Positions 25,694 through 39,545 of a stretch of 64,000 nucleotides of DNA are shown here, in pieces; position 1 is the stretch's first letter; each line of letters starts with the position of its first letter. This DNA is from Geosiphon pyriformis uo1 (Eukaryota > Fungi > Glomeromycota), in the NCBI GenBank assembly GCA_016748015.1, contig JAAOMT010000128.1, forward strand, positions 1,123,538-1,187,537. The letters are read 5' to 3'. The position numbers were made by a program, and so were the translations under genes. The notes beneath the pieces are model-generated. The model did not search any database, was not told the origin of the DNA, and was given only the letters and a program-made list of their open reading frames with translations.

Positions 25694-27568
25694 ATGAAGG
25701 CTACTGCTAGTAGCACCACATCTAAGAAGAAGGCTCTTAAGAACGCATTTCATGGTCCTACTGGTGGTTCCTTTTTTCAGAAGAAGAAAGTTGTTCTTGA
25801 CAATGTCAAACACTCTGGTGATGAAAGAGATATATCTTTGAACATATCTAGATCTAGTGATAGTGTTTATTCTGATGTGGAAAGTCTCTCTGGTGAAGAT
25901 AAGAATGTTAGCATGTCTAGTATAAATAGGTCTCTTTTGGGCTCAGCTGCTATTACACCTAAGGTGAAGCAAATTAACACTAGTGCTGTTTTTGGTTCTC
26001 CACTCGGCTCTCCCAACTTTCATATGGATGACAATAAAGTTGTGCTCCCTTCTTACTTGCCTATCTTTTTTGACAAGAAGTGTATTGACCCAAAGATTAT
26101 TAAGACTTCTGTAAAAGTGTCAATTAAAAAGTCATTTACTTTGGATATTAATTTCTCAGCTGTGGAAGGTAAATCAGTGACTGCAAAAACTCAGTTAATT
26201 AGAAAAATTTTTTTATCAGTCAATGGTTTTGGAGGGGCCACTACTCTCTCAAAATTTGAAGGAATTATCTGATCTATTTTTACTTTAGAAAAGAGCATAG
26301 AAATGGCTGCGTTATTGGCCAGAGAAAAAAGAATCAATGTAAACAGCAATCTTAAGAAACAAGGAATAAGGTCAGATTGGGCTGTGATAATCAAGAAAAT
26401 TCCCATGAATACACTTAAAAATATGATTGTTGCTACAGTATCTGAATTTGGGGAAATTAAGTTAATCAAAATTCAATTAATTGGAATATGGCAAAAGGCT
26501 GTAGTAGAGTTTGCTGAATTGAACCAAGCTAATTTGTTGGCCTCAAAGTGGTCATTCTTGATTGGTAAAAATTCTATGTGTGTAGCCAAAGCAGTAGGAG
26601 ATTGTAAGACTTGGGCATCTAGGGGTTAGTTTAGAGCACTTCTGTTTACTCTATCTGTGGAAACAACTACTCATGATTTGGGCAATCTTTTAGAAAAGAC
26701 TGGTGGGAAAACATGCATCATAAACAGGTCTATAGAAACTGGTAATAGAATTTGCTGTGCAGTAGTCGGTTTCACCTTTGACAATGATTTAGAATCTGTT
26801 TTTTACACAGAGCCTATCTTCAATAGAGTAAAACTTTCTTGGGCTAGAATGAATTTGGTTTGTTGTAAGAAGTATGGGCATTTTAGATATTTGGCTCTTG
26901 AATATGATACACCAGATGCAATCATGTGGTTGTTATCTAAGAGATCATACAAAAAGGGTGCTTTAGAGGAATTTCATTTTTGGCTTGCTAAATTATATGA
27001 AAAAAAATGTGTTCTGATATCTTGCCCTGCTGCTTTTGGTGGCAAATCTTGGGCCCAAGTGGTCTTACTCTCTAATTTTTTTGGTAGTGCTCACTTTGGA
27101 TTTGGTCCTAGTTTTTCTTCTCATGGACTTCTAGGTCTTGGTGGTATCTTTCTTTCTGCTTCTACAGTCTCTTCTGGCTTAAGTAATTGTTTAGCAGTCT
27201 TGGAAAAGTCTCTGGAGCTTTTGGCAGATCAGGTGCCTGACATTATAAAGAAGCTAAGTTTTGTGGAATTAGTGCCTTTAGCATCCAAGTCATCTATCTC
27301 ACCTCTGGTTGTTTTGGCACCTTTGGACTCTGTTGTGGATTCAGATATGGCTCTAGATAATACGTTGGCATCTCCTGTCTTTCCTCCTTTAGTTGTTGCA
27401 AACACAGTTGCCGATCTTAGCTTAAGTAGTTCTAAGGTTTTAACCACCAAGATGGGTGGATTGGAATCTAAGTTGGTGGCTTTGGAAGTGTCAATTGAGT
27501 CAGTTTTAAAGAAGTTGGATTGATTGTGTTCTGGTTTGGGTTTGTCAGCTCTTATTATCTTTCAATGA
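25694..27568 (+). pseudogene. LINE3 ORF1
   Basis: Fragments 25634..26272, 26303..26629 and 26657..27523 are homologous to LINE2 ORF1 (GFGG.T..SKF.GII, KW..L.GK.S, K.GGLE). Confidence 0.85.
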
Positions 27569-30500
27569 GTAATTTGGTCTGGAAATTTGCCATGTGTAAT
27601 ATCAAAGATTTGAACAATTTAGCTAAACAGGATAATGCTATTAGATGGCATAAAGATTCTTGCAATTCAGTTTCTGTTTTTACTGAGACTAAGCTCAAAG
27701 GTCACACTGGGCCATGGATTTAAAATAGGTTTTTTGGTTTGAAAGTTTTTAGCTTTGGGATGAATTCTGGACATTGTGGGTCAAGAGTTGTAATTGTTTT
27801 GAATGATAATCTTGTTTGTCATATGTGTAAAATTTCAGAGGTCCCTGAACACCTTATTTCTGTTCATTTTTTTTTTGCCAGCAAGGCTTTTGTTACAATT
27901 TTGGGTCTGTATGCTGGTGCTTCAGCTGGTGTAAGGTTCAAGCAGGCTTTTGCTGTCAATGTTCTTATTGCATCAGCAATTAGCTCTAGCTCTTATGTTC
28001 TTTTCAGTGGTGATTTTAATGAGGATGGAGCTGGGCATAGTGCAAGTTTCAAAAAATACTCGGATTTGGGATTACACAATGTACTTTCAGTAAGTTCTGT
28101 ATCCAAATCTTCTATGTGGTACAATTTCAGAGAGGTGAAGAAGACTATTGACTTTATTTTTGTGAGTAATTATCTCTTGTCAGCTGTGTTTAATGGATGC
28201 ATTGGTAGAATTTCTGATCATTTTGGTACTAATCACTTAGCTGTGTCAATCTTAGTAGAACTAAATGGTCTTTTAGACAAGCAGTTAAATATATTGTGTA
28301 AGCTTGCAAACACAGACCATTGGAAGTTTAATTTTAAGGACTCAAATGCTGCTAAATAGAAATGTTTTGATAATTGTGCTACTGCTAATATGTTGCTTTT
28401 AAAAAATGACTTTACTGCTGCTAAGAATCTTGGTGACTTGAACTCTATGTGGGAACTTTTGAAAAAAATGTTAACAAAGTCAGCAAACTCCATTTTTTCT
28501 AAACATTGGTACAATACCTTTGACTATTCTAGGAACAAACATTCATCCAGGTTCTACAGGCTTGAATTGTTAATTGCAAAGATAGTTAAGGCTCTGAGTG
28601 TGGGTAATTCTCTAAAATTTGTCTGTTTTATTAAAATTTGGTCAGTTTTGGATGATGTGGAATCTTCCAAAATTCCTGGTTTGCTAAAGGCATGTAACAA
28701 TTCTGTAGAGGTTTTCAAACAATTGTCAGTTGCTAGAAAACGTTACCATAAGGCTAAGTATAGCAAATCTGAGCTAACTAAGAGTGTCTTTATTAACAAG
28801 ACAATTGGTAAATGCATAGATGACTTTGTTTCAGAGAAGGGTAATATGATCAGTAGTATTCTAGAGTGCTCCTTTTGTAAAATTGTTCTTGATCACTTAA
28901 TATTGGATAGAAACTTAATTCTGGAACCAGCTGAAGTAAAAGCCAAAGTTGATAATATCATGATTAATTGGACTAGAAAACACAAAATACCTAAATCAGT
29001 GCCTAATTTGTGGTCCTGTCAGTATGCTTCTTTGGACTATGTGGTTGACAATGCTTTTTCTGGTGTAATAAATGAAATCAAGTTGGGTGATTTATGCACA
29101 ATTGTAAAAAATTTGCCAGATGGCAAAGCTGCTGGCCTTTCGGGTGTCTCAAACAAACTTTGGAAGCATAGTAGTAAGTTGGTATTGGTTGTCTTTTGAA
29201 CTTGCTGAATTCTTGTTTTATGCATAAAGATATTTCAGCTTTGTGAAAATACGCCTGGATCTCTATAATTCCTAAACCATACGAATAGAAAGAATGCTTC
29301 ACTAATATGTAGCCAATTGTTTTAATAGAAACAGCTTGTAAAATTTTGTCAAAAATTTTGTCTGACCATATATCTTTGGCTTGCAGTACATTTGATGTTC
29401 TCAGAGGTGACAATTTTTCAGTTTTAAGAGGTACTTCAACTCAGTTACCTGTGTTTTTTATTGAGTTAATTATAGAAGACACTTTGGAAAAGGGTAGGAA
29501 ACTTTGGCTGGTATTGTAAGACATACGGAAGACTTAAGACTCTGTAGGATGGTTTCATTTGAGATCTAGTTTGAGGCGCATTAAGATGTGCAATAGATTT
29601 ATTAAATTTTTTGAATATTCATTTGAACAGAACCAACAGGATTATAACAGATTTTGGTCTTTCTAATGGTTATAAGGTGTTGGATGGGCTTAACCAAGGT
29701 AAAGTGTTTTCTTCACTTCTTTGGAAAATCTTTTATGATCCTCTTTTGTGTGAAATCAAAAGTCAAGAACACTTGTGTGAATACAGAATTGATTCAAGAT
29801 TTGTTGCTAAGTTAGGCAAAGTGTAATCACAGGCAGGGATGACATTTTTTTTTGCTGCTGAGAGTTTTGTGGATAACACAATCTGGGTGGGCAGTAGTCA
29901 AGTTGCCATCCAACATATTTTGGATGTTGCAAGCAAGTTTTTTGCTCTCAATAATATTTTTATAAACAGAGAAAAAACTGTTGCTATTCCTCTTAATTAA
30001 AGAGTAAAAGACATTTCCTTGACTATTAGTGGCACACCAATTGCTGTAGCCAAAAAGGGTGAATCTCATCATTATTTGGGCATTTTTTTTATCAACAGAA
30101 GGGCTTTCAAAGCTGAGTTTGCTGAAGATGCATTCAGATGTGCACTTTTTTTTGAATGTGGTTTTGTGCAAAGCTATATCTGACAAACAATTTTGCTATC
30201 TGGTGTCATCCGTTCTGCAACCTATTATTAGCTACAGGATCCAGTTTAGTTTCATTCCTAGTGCCATTTGCTCTAGATGAGATGCTATTATTAGAAGAGG
30301 CTTAAAATTTAAGACACATTTCCCTCGTGATTTTCCTACAACTGTATTGTTATATCTTTCATTTTATGGTATCAAAACATTTGCCCAGGTACAGTCTGAG
30401 AGTAAGTTGTCTTCTGTTATTAATTTCACAAATACTCTGGGTATTTTAGGATGGCTTTTCATTCATTGGAGTTTGGATTTGCAAGTTGCCAACTGGTCAC

Positions 30501-32049
30501 CTGTTCATCTATTGTGTTGACTTATCAGATTGCAGATCAATTCTAGAGATAATTTTTTAGCCAGAATAGTGAAAATTTTTTTATTCTGTGAACTGTCTTT
30601 TTCTACTCTGCTGACAGCTTTTTATTACTCTGTTGGAATGCCAATCTCTGAAGTTCTTAATGACAGTATATTCTTTGGGGTGGCCTATTTACTGATGTGC
30701 TATGAAGTCGCTTTCACAGATTAACTGTTAAACAAAAAGAGTGAGTGCTTTGATTGGAAATACTTTAAGCATTGGAAGTAGTTGGATTTGCATGGCCCTG
30801 TCCTAGCTTGGTTTGACTTGGCCATTCACTTTTTGGGTGCCCATTTGCTAGCTGCTAATGTTAGATTGTGTATGTCTGTTAACCATCCAATGAATTCTGT
30901 TGTTGCCAGCACAATCAGTGAGGCTCAAATTATTCTTTTGGATTCTGGTCTGGTTTTATTTGATGTGTACACAGACAGTTCTGTGAAACATTTTGGTTCT
31001 TGTTCTGTTATTGTCAGGGCTGCTGCATTTTTCCCAAAGTTTGGCTTTGGTGTTGGTGCAAAAGTTCAGGGTGTCATGTCATTTACTTTAGTGGAACTCA
31101 AAGCCATTGCTCTCACACTCACTTGTGTTTTTTTAGGTAGTAGTGTTTTTATCCACTTTGATAGCCAGGCCACTCTTTCTGCTTGTTTAGACAAATTGCT
31201 TTTGGCTTGTCCAAACTTCAGGAAGAATCTATGGATAAAGCATAAGCAGATTGTCAATTTTATTAAGAGGAAATCACTTGCTGTGTTATGGTTCAAAGTT
31301 AAAGACCATTTTGGCATCCTGGGAAATAAGCATGCTGATGAGATCACCTTGAATGCCTACTGGTATAACATCTCATTTCTTACTTATGTCAATGAGTTTT
31401 TTTTAAAATTGGGTGATCTATCTTGTAATGTTTGACACTACATTAGAGACTTCTTTTGAACACTATATTGAACAAATTGGGAAAATAAGTTTGGTTCCAA
31501 AATTAGTGATACTTGTAATATCAATTTAATGGATTGGAAGAAAACTTTTGCAGTCTGGCACTCTGATGGTTACATGGCTTCTGGCTACACGAGCCATCAG
31601 TCGGCAGCTTTGAAGTTATACTTTATGAAATTATTGCATGGTCATTTGCCTGTAGCAGTTTACAAGTATGTATACTGTGTTTCTTACCTTAGTGTCAAGT
31701 GTCTGTTTTGTAATAAAATCAACACATTTGAATATTTTTTTGTGTGCTTCTTTGATACATTTGCTTGTAATGAAATCTTGTCTGGATTTTGCACAAGGTG
31801 GTTGTCACTGCTTAATATTATTGTCTCTTCTTTTATGATGGTACAGAACATATCTTTTTGTGCAAATAATGCTAGGTTTTATTTTATGTTGGCTAAAGGC
31901 TTCATGCCGAGTAACTGGTATCATGAGGCTTTGGATGCTCTTAGTTGCTCTGTTGTGGCTGGTGCAATGATAATTGATTTTGTCAGGAATCTGGCTTCAT
32001 TACACAAATCTGTAATATGGTGTGGAAAATTTAACCACCAATTGTCCAT

Positions 32050-33019
32050 TGTTACCAGTAGAATTTTAGCTATTAATTAGCATGAAATTTCCTTTATAAT
32101 TCCTATCATTAATTAGCATATATTATTATCGTTTCGAATTTCACTTATTATTTAATCAAATTAGCAATTATCATCATTTAATCAATAACCCGATTTGGAC
32201 CATAGAAATTGAGATGATCAATTTACACAATACCCTGAACCATATAACATAGCCAAAATTCGCCGAAATTAATGAAAATTGGCCGAAATAATTCATAGTT
32301 CAGCGAAATAACTTGTAGTTCGCCGAAATGTATCTTTAGTTCACCGAAATTCTAGAAAAAAGAAAAAGTGCAAGTTCAAAGACTAGTACTACAACAAGTT
32401 GTATAAAAGAAGAGCTTCTCTCTTCAAGAAAATGTATCTTCTCATATCTTACCATAGTATCTTACTTTAGGTATCTTAATTAGAACAAATCACTCTTTAC
32501 ATATCTCAAATAAAAATTAAATATTCGAAAACCAAATCCTTTGATTATTACACTTGAAATTCTCTCAACACAACTAACATTTTGAAATTGATTAGCTACC
32601 AATTTCAGTAATCTGTTAGTGACTCCAGGCCTGGATAGAAAACGTTTCCTTGACAAAATTCTATTTCTTTACGTTTCTTTTATTTTTCTCTTTCTTTTCT
32701 TATCATAATCATTTGGGTAGCCTACAGACGAGATTCCTGTAGAAGAGTTGACTTTCACAGCAAAGTAACTACACATTTTTAGTGAGCTTCCAGACGAGCA
32801 ATTCCTGGGAAAGAGTTGACGTTTACTACAACGTAACTACATAAAGTAACTGGCACGGAATTGGCCATTCCACTTATAAGCCCAGCGGTTCAAATTATAG
32901 GAGATAATTTGAAGATAAATTCAGTTATCGAAGGTTCAACTACTTCCTCTAGTCGTGAATAAAACAGCAAACAAGCATCAACAACATTTAAGAAAAGAGA
33001 CCAAAAACCTCCGGTAACA
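32050..33019 (+). mobile_element. Solo LTR, family A
   Basis: TGTTACC...GGTAACA flanked by a perfect 4-bp TSD CCAT (32046-32049 and 33020-33023); LINE3 ORF2 resumes after it. Confidence 0.97.
32257..32352 (+). repeat. Five phased 20-21-bp units with core TTCGCCGAAAT in LTR-A U3
   Basis: aattcgccgaaat, aattggccgaaat, agttcagcgaaat, agttcgccgaaat, agttcaccgaaat; equivalent arrays occur in the other A/C LTRs. Confidence 0.88.
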
Positions 33020-33352
33020 CCATGAAAAAGGCAGGACAAATAGTCACCTTTAACAGTGTGTTGCATTTAGTGAATAATGTTAGAAATAGGTTAAGTGTTG
33101 GAGTTGTCAGATTGCTTAGTGTAGATAAAACCAGAAGAGTGTATTTTGGTCTGCATACTAGTTGTCAGATTTTTTCAGATATGGGAAGTGTGGTATCAGT
33201 GATGGCTAATTTGTAGTATAGTCTGAACTGGCCCAAGTGGTTGGTCACATGTTATAAGTACATGAATCGCATTTAGCTTTGTAATGTGTATATATTATAT
33301 GTCTTCTAGATAGCAATTGGGCCACACTTATTAAACCAAAATAAAAATAAAA

Positions 33353-34278
33353 ATTTTTTTGTTTTTGCTATACTATTAATATTAATATTTTCTAAATTAC
33401 TTATTAAAATTATCATTAAATAAAAAAAAATCAGTATTATTATTATTTAGCTTTAAAAAAAAACTTTTTTTTATTTTATATATATATAAAAAATTCATTA
33501 ATAAAATCAGAATTTAAATTTTTAATATTCTTTTTAAGACTTATAATATTGTTAAGTTTGATAATAAAAAAATATAAAAGTATTAAGTTAAATATTAAAA
33601 ACTATAAAAAAAATAAAAAACCTTTTTTTAAAAAATAATTTTTTTAAAAAATTATAATATAAAAAAATAAGTTTTTATGTTTTTAAAAAGTTTATAATTA
33701 AAATTTTTTGTAAAAAAATTAATTTTTATTGTAAAGTAATTACATATTATTAAAAAGTTTATTGTAAAAAATTTCGATAAAAAGTTAATTTTTATTACAA
33801 AATATTTATTAATACAGAATTGATTATTTTATTATAAATTTAATAATATATATAGTTTAAAATATAAAAAATACTTAAAAATAAATAGCTTATTAAAAAT
33901 TTAATAATTTTTATTAATAATCAAATTAACAATAAAATTAGTATTAACAATATTAAAAAAAATGATTAAAATTTTTAATAACAATAATTAAAATAATATT
34001 TATTAATAATTAGTTTTAAAAAAATATTTACTTTCTTAAAATCCCAAGAAATTATCAAATTTATATTTATATTTGAATTTAATTTAAAAAAAGTTAAAAC
34101 TTTAATTGTTATTATTTAAAAAAAATACCAAAATTAAATAGTATTAAATTAGCCAATTAAATATTAATATTAAAAAAATAATATAACAAAAAAAATTTTT
34201 TATAAATAATAAAAATACCAAAAATAATATTAAAATAACAAAAAACATTAAATTTATTTTTTGTATAAAAACAAACCT
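33353..34278. other. Extremely AT-rich spacer 3
   Basis: Almost no G/C; lies between the LINE3 tail and the LINE4 5' end. Confidence 0.9.
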
Positions 34279-37200
34279 AAAAAAAGCTTTTTTTTCTCTT
34301 TTTTCTTAAATTCTTCAAAGAGTGTTTTTTCGAAAAAGAAGTTTTTTTGTTCTTATCTTTTCTTGTTAATTTCTTATAATATTTTGCAAACAATTAATTC
34401 CTTTGTGATAGATCTGATAGCTGCTTTGAATAACAATATATTAAAAAAAAAAGCATTCAAAGATGCTTTATAGAACTCTGTTAGAAATTCTTTTTTCCAA
34501 AAGAAAAAAATTTCAATTGGCAATATTAAGTATTCTAATAATAAGAAAAATATTTCTTTGGTTAAACCTGTTATTGACAATAACATATACTCGAATAAGA
34601 ACAGTATATCTGATAATAATAAAAATGATGATATGTTTTTGGATGTTAGTATTGGCTTTTTTTTTAGTTCTGTAACAAACACTTCTAAGACAGAAAAAAA
34701 AGTGAATATTAGTTTAAAGTGTGGTTTTCTTATTGGTTTTAGTGATTATAAAATGGATAAAAATAATGGGTCTCTCTCTTCTTTACTCAACATCTCCTTA
34801 GATAATAGATGAATTGACCCAAAAATTATAAAAACTCAGATTAAAGTGTTAATTAAAAAGTTTTTTGTCTTGAACATTAATCTTTCAACAGTAGAAGACA
34901 AATCTACAACAGCAAAAACTCAGTTTATCAGAAATTTATTTTTGATAATTAATGGTTTTGGGAGAGGCCATTACTCCTTTAAAATTTGAAAAAATCATTA
35001 AATTAATGTTTATTTCAGAAAAAAGCTTGGAAAAAACCATTTTATTGGTTAGAAAAAAAAACATTATTGTAAACAGCAATCTTAAGAGACAAGAAATTTA
35101 GTCAGATCAGGCTGTGATCATTAAAGAAATTTTTATGAATACACAAAAAAAATAATTGTTATTATAGTATCTGAATTTGGACTAAATAAGTTAATTAAAA
35201 TTTAACTCATTAGATTATGGCAAAAGACTGTGGTGGAATTTGCTGAATTGGAGCAAGCAGATTGATTGGCAACAAGATAGTCATTCTTGATTAGAAAAGA
35301 TTCAGTATACATAACCAAAGCTGTTAAAGATTGTAATATCTGGGCTTTAAAAAATTGGTTCAGAGCATTTTTGTTTACTTTACTGGTGAGAATAACTGCA
35401 CATAATCTTAGAACTTTTTTAGATAAAGCTGGTAAAAAAACTTGTATCATAAACTGGTTATTGAATACTAATAACAGAACTTGTTATGCTGTGGTTAGTT
35501 TTAAATCTGATAAAAAGTTAGAATCTGTTTTTTATACAGAGTCTATTTTTGGTGGTATGAAGTTTTTTTGGGCTAAAATGAATTTGGTTTGATATAAAAA
35601 ATATGGGTGTTTTAAACATTCTGCTTTAGAGTATAATACATCTGGTGCTTTTGCTTCTCCTTTTCTAAAGATATTTAAAAAGTCCATCTTAGATAAAAGT
35701 CATCTTTGGCTGACTAAGTTGTATGCTAAGAAAAGTGTTCTGATTTCTTATCTTGCTGTCTTTAGTAGCAAATCCTGAGTTCAAGTGATTTCACTTGTTG
35801 TCTCTTTTAATAATATTTATTTTGGTTTTGGTTTTTATTTCTTTGTTTTTGGTACTTTAAATAAAAAAGAAGATATTGTTAATTAATTAACATGGTTTTT
35901 CAATTGATAATCATCTGGCTTTTCTAGAATATTTCTTAAAGCTCTTAGTTGATCAAGTGTTAAATATTATAAGAAAACTAAGCATAATTAACTTGATGCT
36001 TCTGGCATCTATTTTCCAACCTTATTTTTCTACTGTAATTGCATCTTTGAGTTTGAATTTGAATATAAATATGGTTTTGGATAATTTGCAAGTTTTTTCT
36101 ATTATCTTTTCTTTAGTTGCTAATGACAAAGTTATGAATTTGGATATAAACAATTCAAAAGTTTTGACTACTAAAGTGGGTGGCTTAGAATCAAAGATAG
36201 TTATTTTAGAGGTTTTAGTCAGTTCAGTTCTGATGAGATTAAATTAAATATGTGCTGACTTAGTTTTTTTTGTGATCTTTTTTTCTTAATAAGTAAGTTT
36301 GTTTGAAAAATAACTATGTGTAATGTCAGAAAAATGAACAATCTGGCTAAACAAAATAATATAATCAAGTAGCATATTAATTTTAGCAATTGGGTTTTTA
36401 TTATTACTAAGACAAAACTGAAGAGACAGACAAAATTTTAAATTAAAAATAAGTTTCAGAGCATAAAAGTTTTTGTTTCTGGTTTGAACACTGGCTATAC
36501 AAATGCTAAAATGACTATTATAATAAACAACATTTTGGTTCAGCATGTATACAATGTTTCTAAAATATTTAGTTGGTTTATTTCAGTTTGTTTGCTGTTT
36601 AGCAACAAAATTTCTGTGACAATTTTGGATTTGTATGCTGGTACTTTAGCCAATATGCAATTTGATTAGGCCTGTGAAGTAAATTTTTTTATTGTCAAAA
36701 CAATTAATTTAAGTTCTTATGTTATTTTAGATGAAGATTTTAATAAAAATAGTATAAAACATAATACAAATTTCAAAAAGTGTATTGAGTTAAGTTTAAA
36801 CAATTCTTTAGTGAGTGATATAGTTGCAAAAACTTCCATGTAAAGCAATTCAAAGAGTGTGAAAAGAATTATTAACTATATCTTGGTCAATAATTATCTC
36901 TTATTAACAGTAATTAATTATGAAATTCTTAGTGTTTTTGAGTTTTTTGAGTTTAATTATTTGGCTGTTGTAATTTTAATTGGCTTGAAAAGTCTTCTGA
37001 ATAAATGTTTAAATTCAATTCATAAGCAGACAAACAAGGATTGATGAAAATTTGGCATTAAAAATACTGATAATTTGAAATAAACTCAGTTTAGGGAGCT
37101 TTCATAGGAGTGTATGTCTTGTGTACATAACAAATTTTATGTTGTAAAAGATCTAGAAAATCTGAATATAATATGGAAGTTTTTAAGATTGACAATGACT

Positions 37201-38676
37201 GAATTAGTAAACAAGATTTTTTACAAGGTTTGGTTTAAGAATTCTAGTGATTTTAGGAATAAAAAATCTTCAAGATTCTACTATTTAGAAGTTTTGGTTT
37301 TGAAGATTGTAAAGGCATTTTCATCTGAAGACACTTTAAAATTTAATTGTCTTGTAAAGATTTGGTCAAGCTTGAATGTTGATAACTCTCTTAAATTGTT
37401 GTTTTTCATCAGTAGTGAAAAAAAAAGTGTGGAAATTTTTTTGTTTTTATTAAAAGTCAAAAAAGGGTATTAAGCATTTAAATATTGAGAGTTTAAAGCC
37501 ATAAAAGTGGCTACAATAAAAAATGTAATTAATAAAAGAATAGAAGACTTCTATACAAACAAAGACTATATGATCAGAAGTATTCTGGAAAAGCCTTTTT
37601 GAAAAGTGATTTTAGATTATTTGGTGGTTTGAGAAAAGTTGATTTTGAAACCTGAAGAAATAAAGTGCAAAGTAGATGGAATAATAGAGAATTGAACAAG
37701 AAAAAAAAATAGTGTTTAAGATGGTACTGAATTTTTGGTCTTGGCAGTATATGCTTCTAAATTATGTTAGGAATAGAACTTTCTTTAAAATTATAAAGCA
37801 AATCAGTTTAAGTAAATTGATCTTAGTTGTGAAAAAGTTGCTTAATGACAAAACTGCTGACTTGTCTAGTACTCTGAAAAAGTTGTAAAAACATTGTGGT
37901 TCTGAAATCTTGAATTGTTTTTTGGTTCTATTAAATTGTTGTTTAGATATTGATACAGTTTTTACTTTATAAAAATAAGCATGGGTTTCTATAATTCCAA
38001 AGTCCTATAATTAGAATAGTGTGCTAACCAATACTAGACCTATAGTATTGATTGAGACAGCCAAAAAAGGTTTATTAAAGATTTTTTCAGACCAAATATT
38101 TTGTGCTTGCAGCAGATCTAGTGCTTTTTAGAATGATAATTTCTTAGTATTAAAGAGTACTTTAACTCATTTTATAGTGTTTGTAATTGGTTCTATTGTA
38201 AAGAATACTTTGAAAAAAAATAAGAAACTTTGGTTAGTTTTACAGAACATGTGTAAAACTTATAACTTGATTAAATAATATTATTTAAGAAACAGTCTAA
38301 AGTACATTAAGATATGTAAATAGTTCATTAGTTTCTTTGACAGTATTTATCAAGACAGGATAAACAGAGTGATGACTGACTTTGGTCTTTTAGAAAATTA
38401 TTGAGTTCATAATAAGCTAAACCAAGATGAAGTTTTTTTACTGCTTCTGTAAAGAATTTTTTATAATTCTCTTTTGTGTAAAGTTAAAAGACATGAGTAT
38501 TTGTGTGATTATTGTATTGACATAAAATTTGTAACCAGAACAAACAGGTTGGAAAACATAAGTAGAAAGACTTCTTTTTTTGCAGCTAGTGTTTTTGTTA
38601 ATGACACAATTTGGATGAAAAATAGCCAAGCTTCAACACAGTATATTTTAAACATTACTAGTAAATTTTTTAACAT

Positions 38677-39545
38677 TGTTACCGAAGGTTTTTGGTCTCT
38701 TTTCTTAAATGTTGGTAATATTGATTTGCTGTGAATTCATGTTCTCAGGAAGTAGTTGAACCTCCAATAACTGAATTTATCTTCAAATTATCTTCTATAA
38801 TTTGAACTTGCTGGGCTTATAAGTGGAATGGCCAATTCCATGCCAGTTACTTTATGTAGTTACATTGTAGTAAACATCAACTCTTTTCCAGGAATTGCTT
38901 GTCTGGAAGCTCACTAAAATGTATAGTTACTTTGCTGTGAAAGTCAACTCTTCTACAGAAATCTTGTCTGTAGGCTACCCTAATAATTGTAATAAGAAAA
39001 GAAAAGGAAAATAAAAGAAATATAAAAGAAATAGAATTTTGTCAAGAGAAACGTTTTCTATCCAGGCCTGGAGTCACTAACAGTTTATTGAAATTGGTAG
39101 CTAATCAATTTCAAAATGTTAGTTGGGTTTTGGGGATTTTCTAAGTGTAATAATTAAAGAATTTGGTTTTTTGAATTATTTAATATTTATTTCTTTTGTG
39201 TGTGTAGGAATGGTTCTAAGTGATAAATCTAAAGTAAGATACATTTTCCAGAAGAGAAAAGCTCTTCTTTTATACAACTTGTTGTAGTACTAGTCTATAA
39301 ACTTGCACTTTTTCTTTTTGCTCAAATTTCGGCAAACTAAAGATACATTTTGNNNNNNNNNNNNNNNNNNNNCTTGATCATCTTACTTTCTGTTATACTA
39401 ATTAGATTATTTTAATTGAATCGTGATATGTAATAATTGATTAAATAATAAATGATAATTTGAAATGATATTAATATACTAATGAATTATAGGAATTATA
39501 AGGGTAATTTCATGCTAATTAATAGCTAAAATTCTACTGGTAACA
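38677..39545 (-). repeat. 3' LTR of A2 (contains a 20-N assembly gap at 39353-39372)
   Basis: Direct repeat of 47444-48434. Confidence 0.95.

Larger units (their letters stand above)
27565..33216 (+). pseudogene. LINE3 ORF2 (APE-RT-RNase H-Zn finger), interrupted at 32049/33020
   Basis: GDFNE, IDFIFV; GLNQG..S.LLW.IFYDPLL, FVDN; VYTDSS, ELKAI, FDSQA, KVK.H.G..GN..AD; CLFC. Confidence 0.92.
25565..33352 (+). mobile_element. LINE3: full-length non-LTR retrotransposon (related subfamily), split by a solo LTR
   Basis: Same 5' stem motif, ORF1, ORF2, 3' UTR hairpins and A-rich end as LINE2. Confidence 0.92.

Noticed and set aside
33228-33241. tRNA A-box-like TGGCCCAAGTGG (SINE or tRNA gene)
   Set aside because: There is no B-box or cloverleaf; it is better explained as the LINE 3' UTR hairpin.
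34261-34682. Low-complexity F/K/L-rich ORFs as genes
   Set aside because: They are by-products of AT-rich decayed LINE4 5' sequence.
39353-39372. Apparent ~120-bp deletion in the A2 3' LTR
   Set aside because: It is a 20-N assembly gap over the U3 tandem array (about 140 bp in the 5' LTR), not biology.
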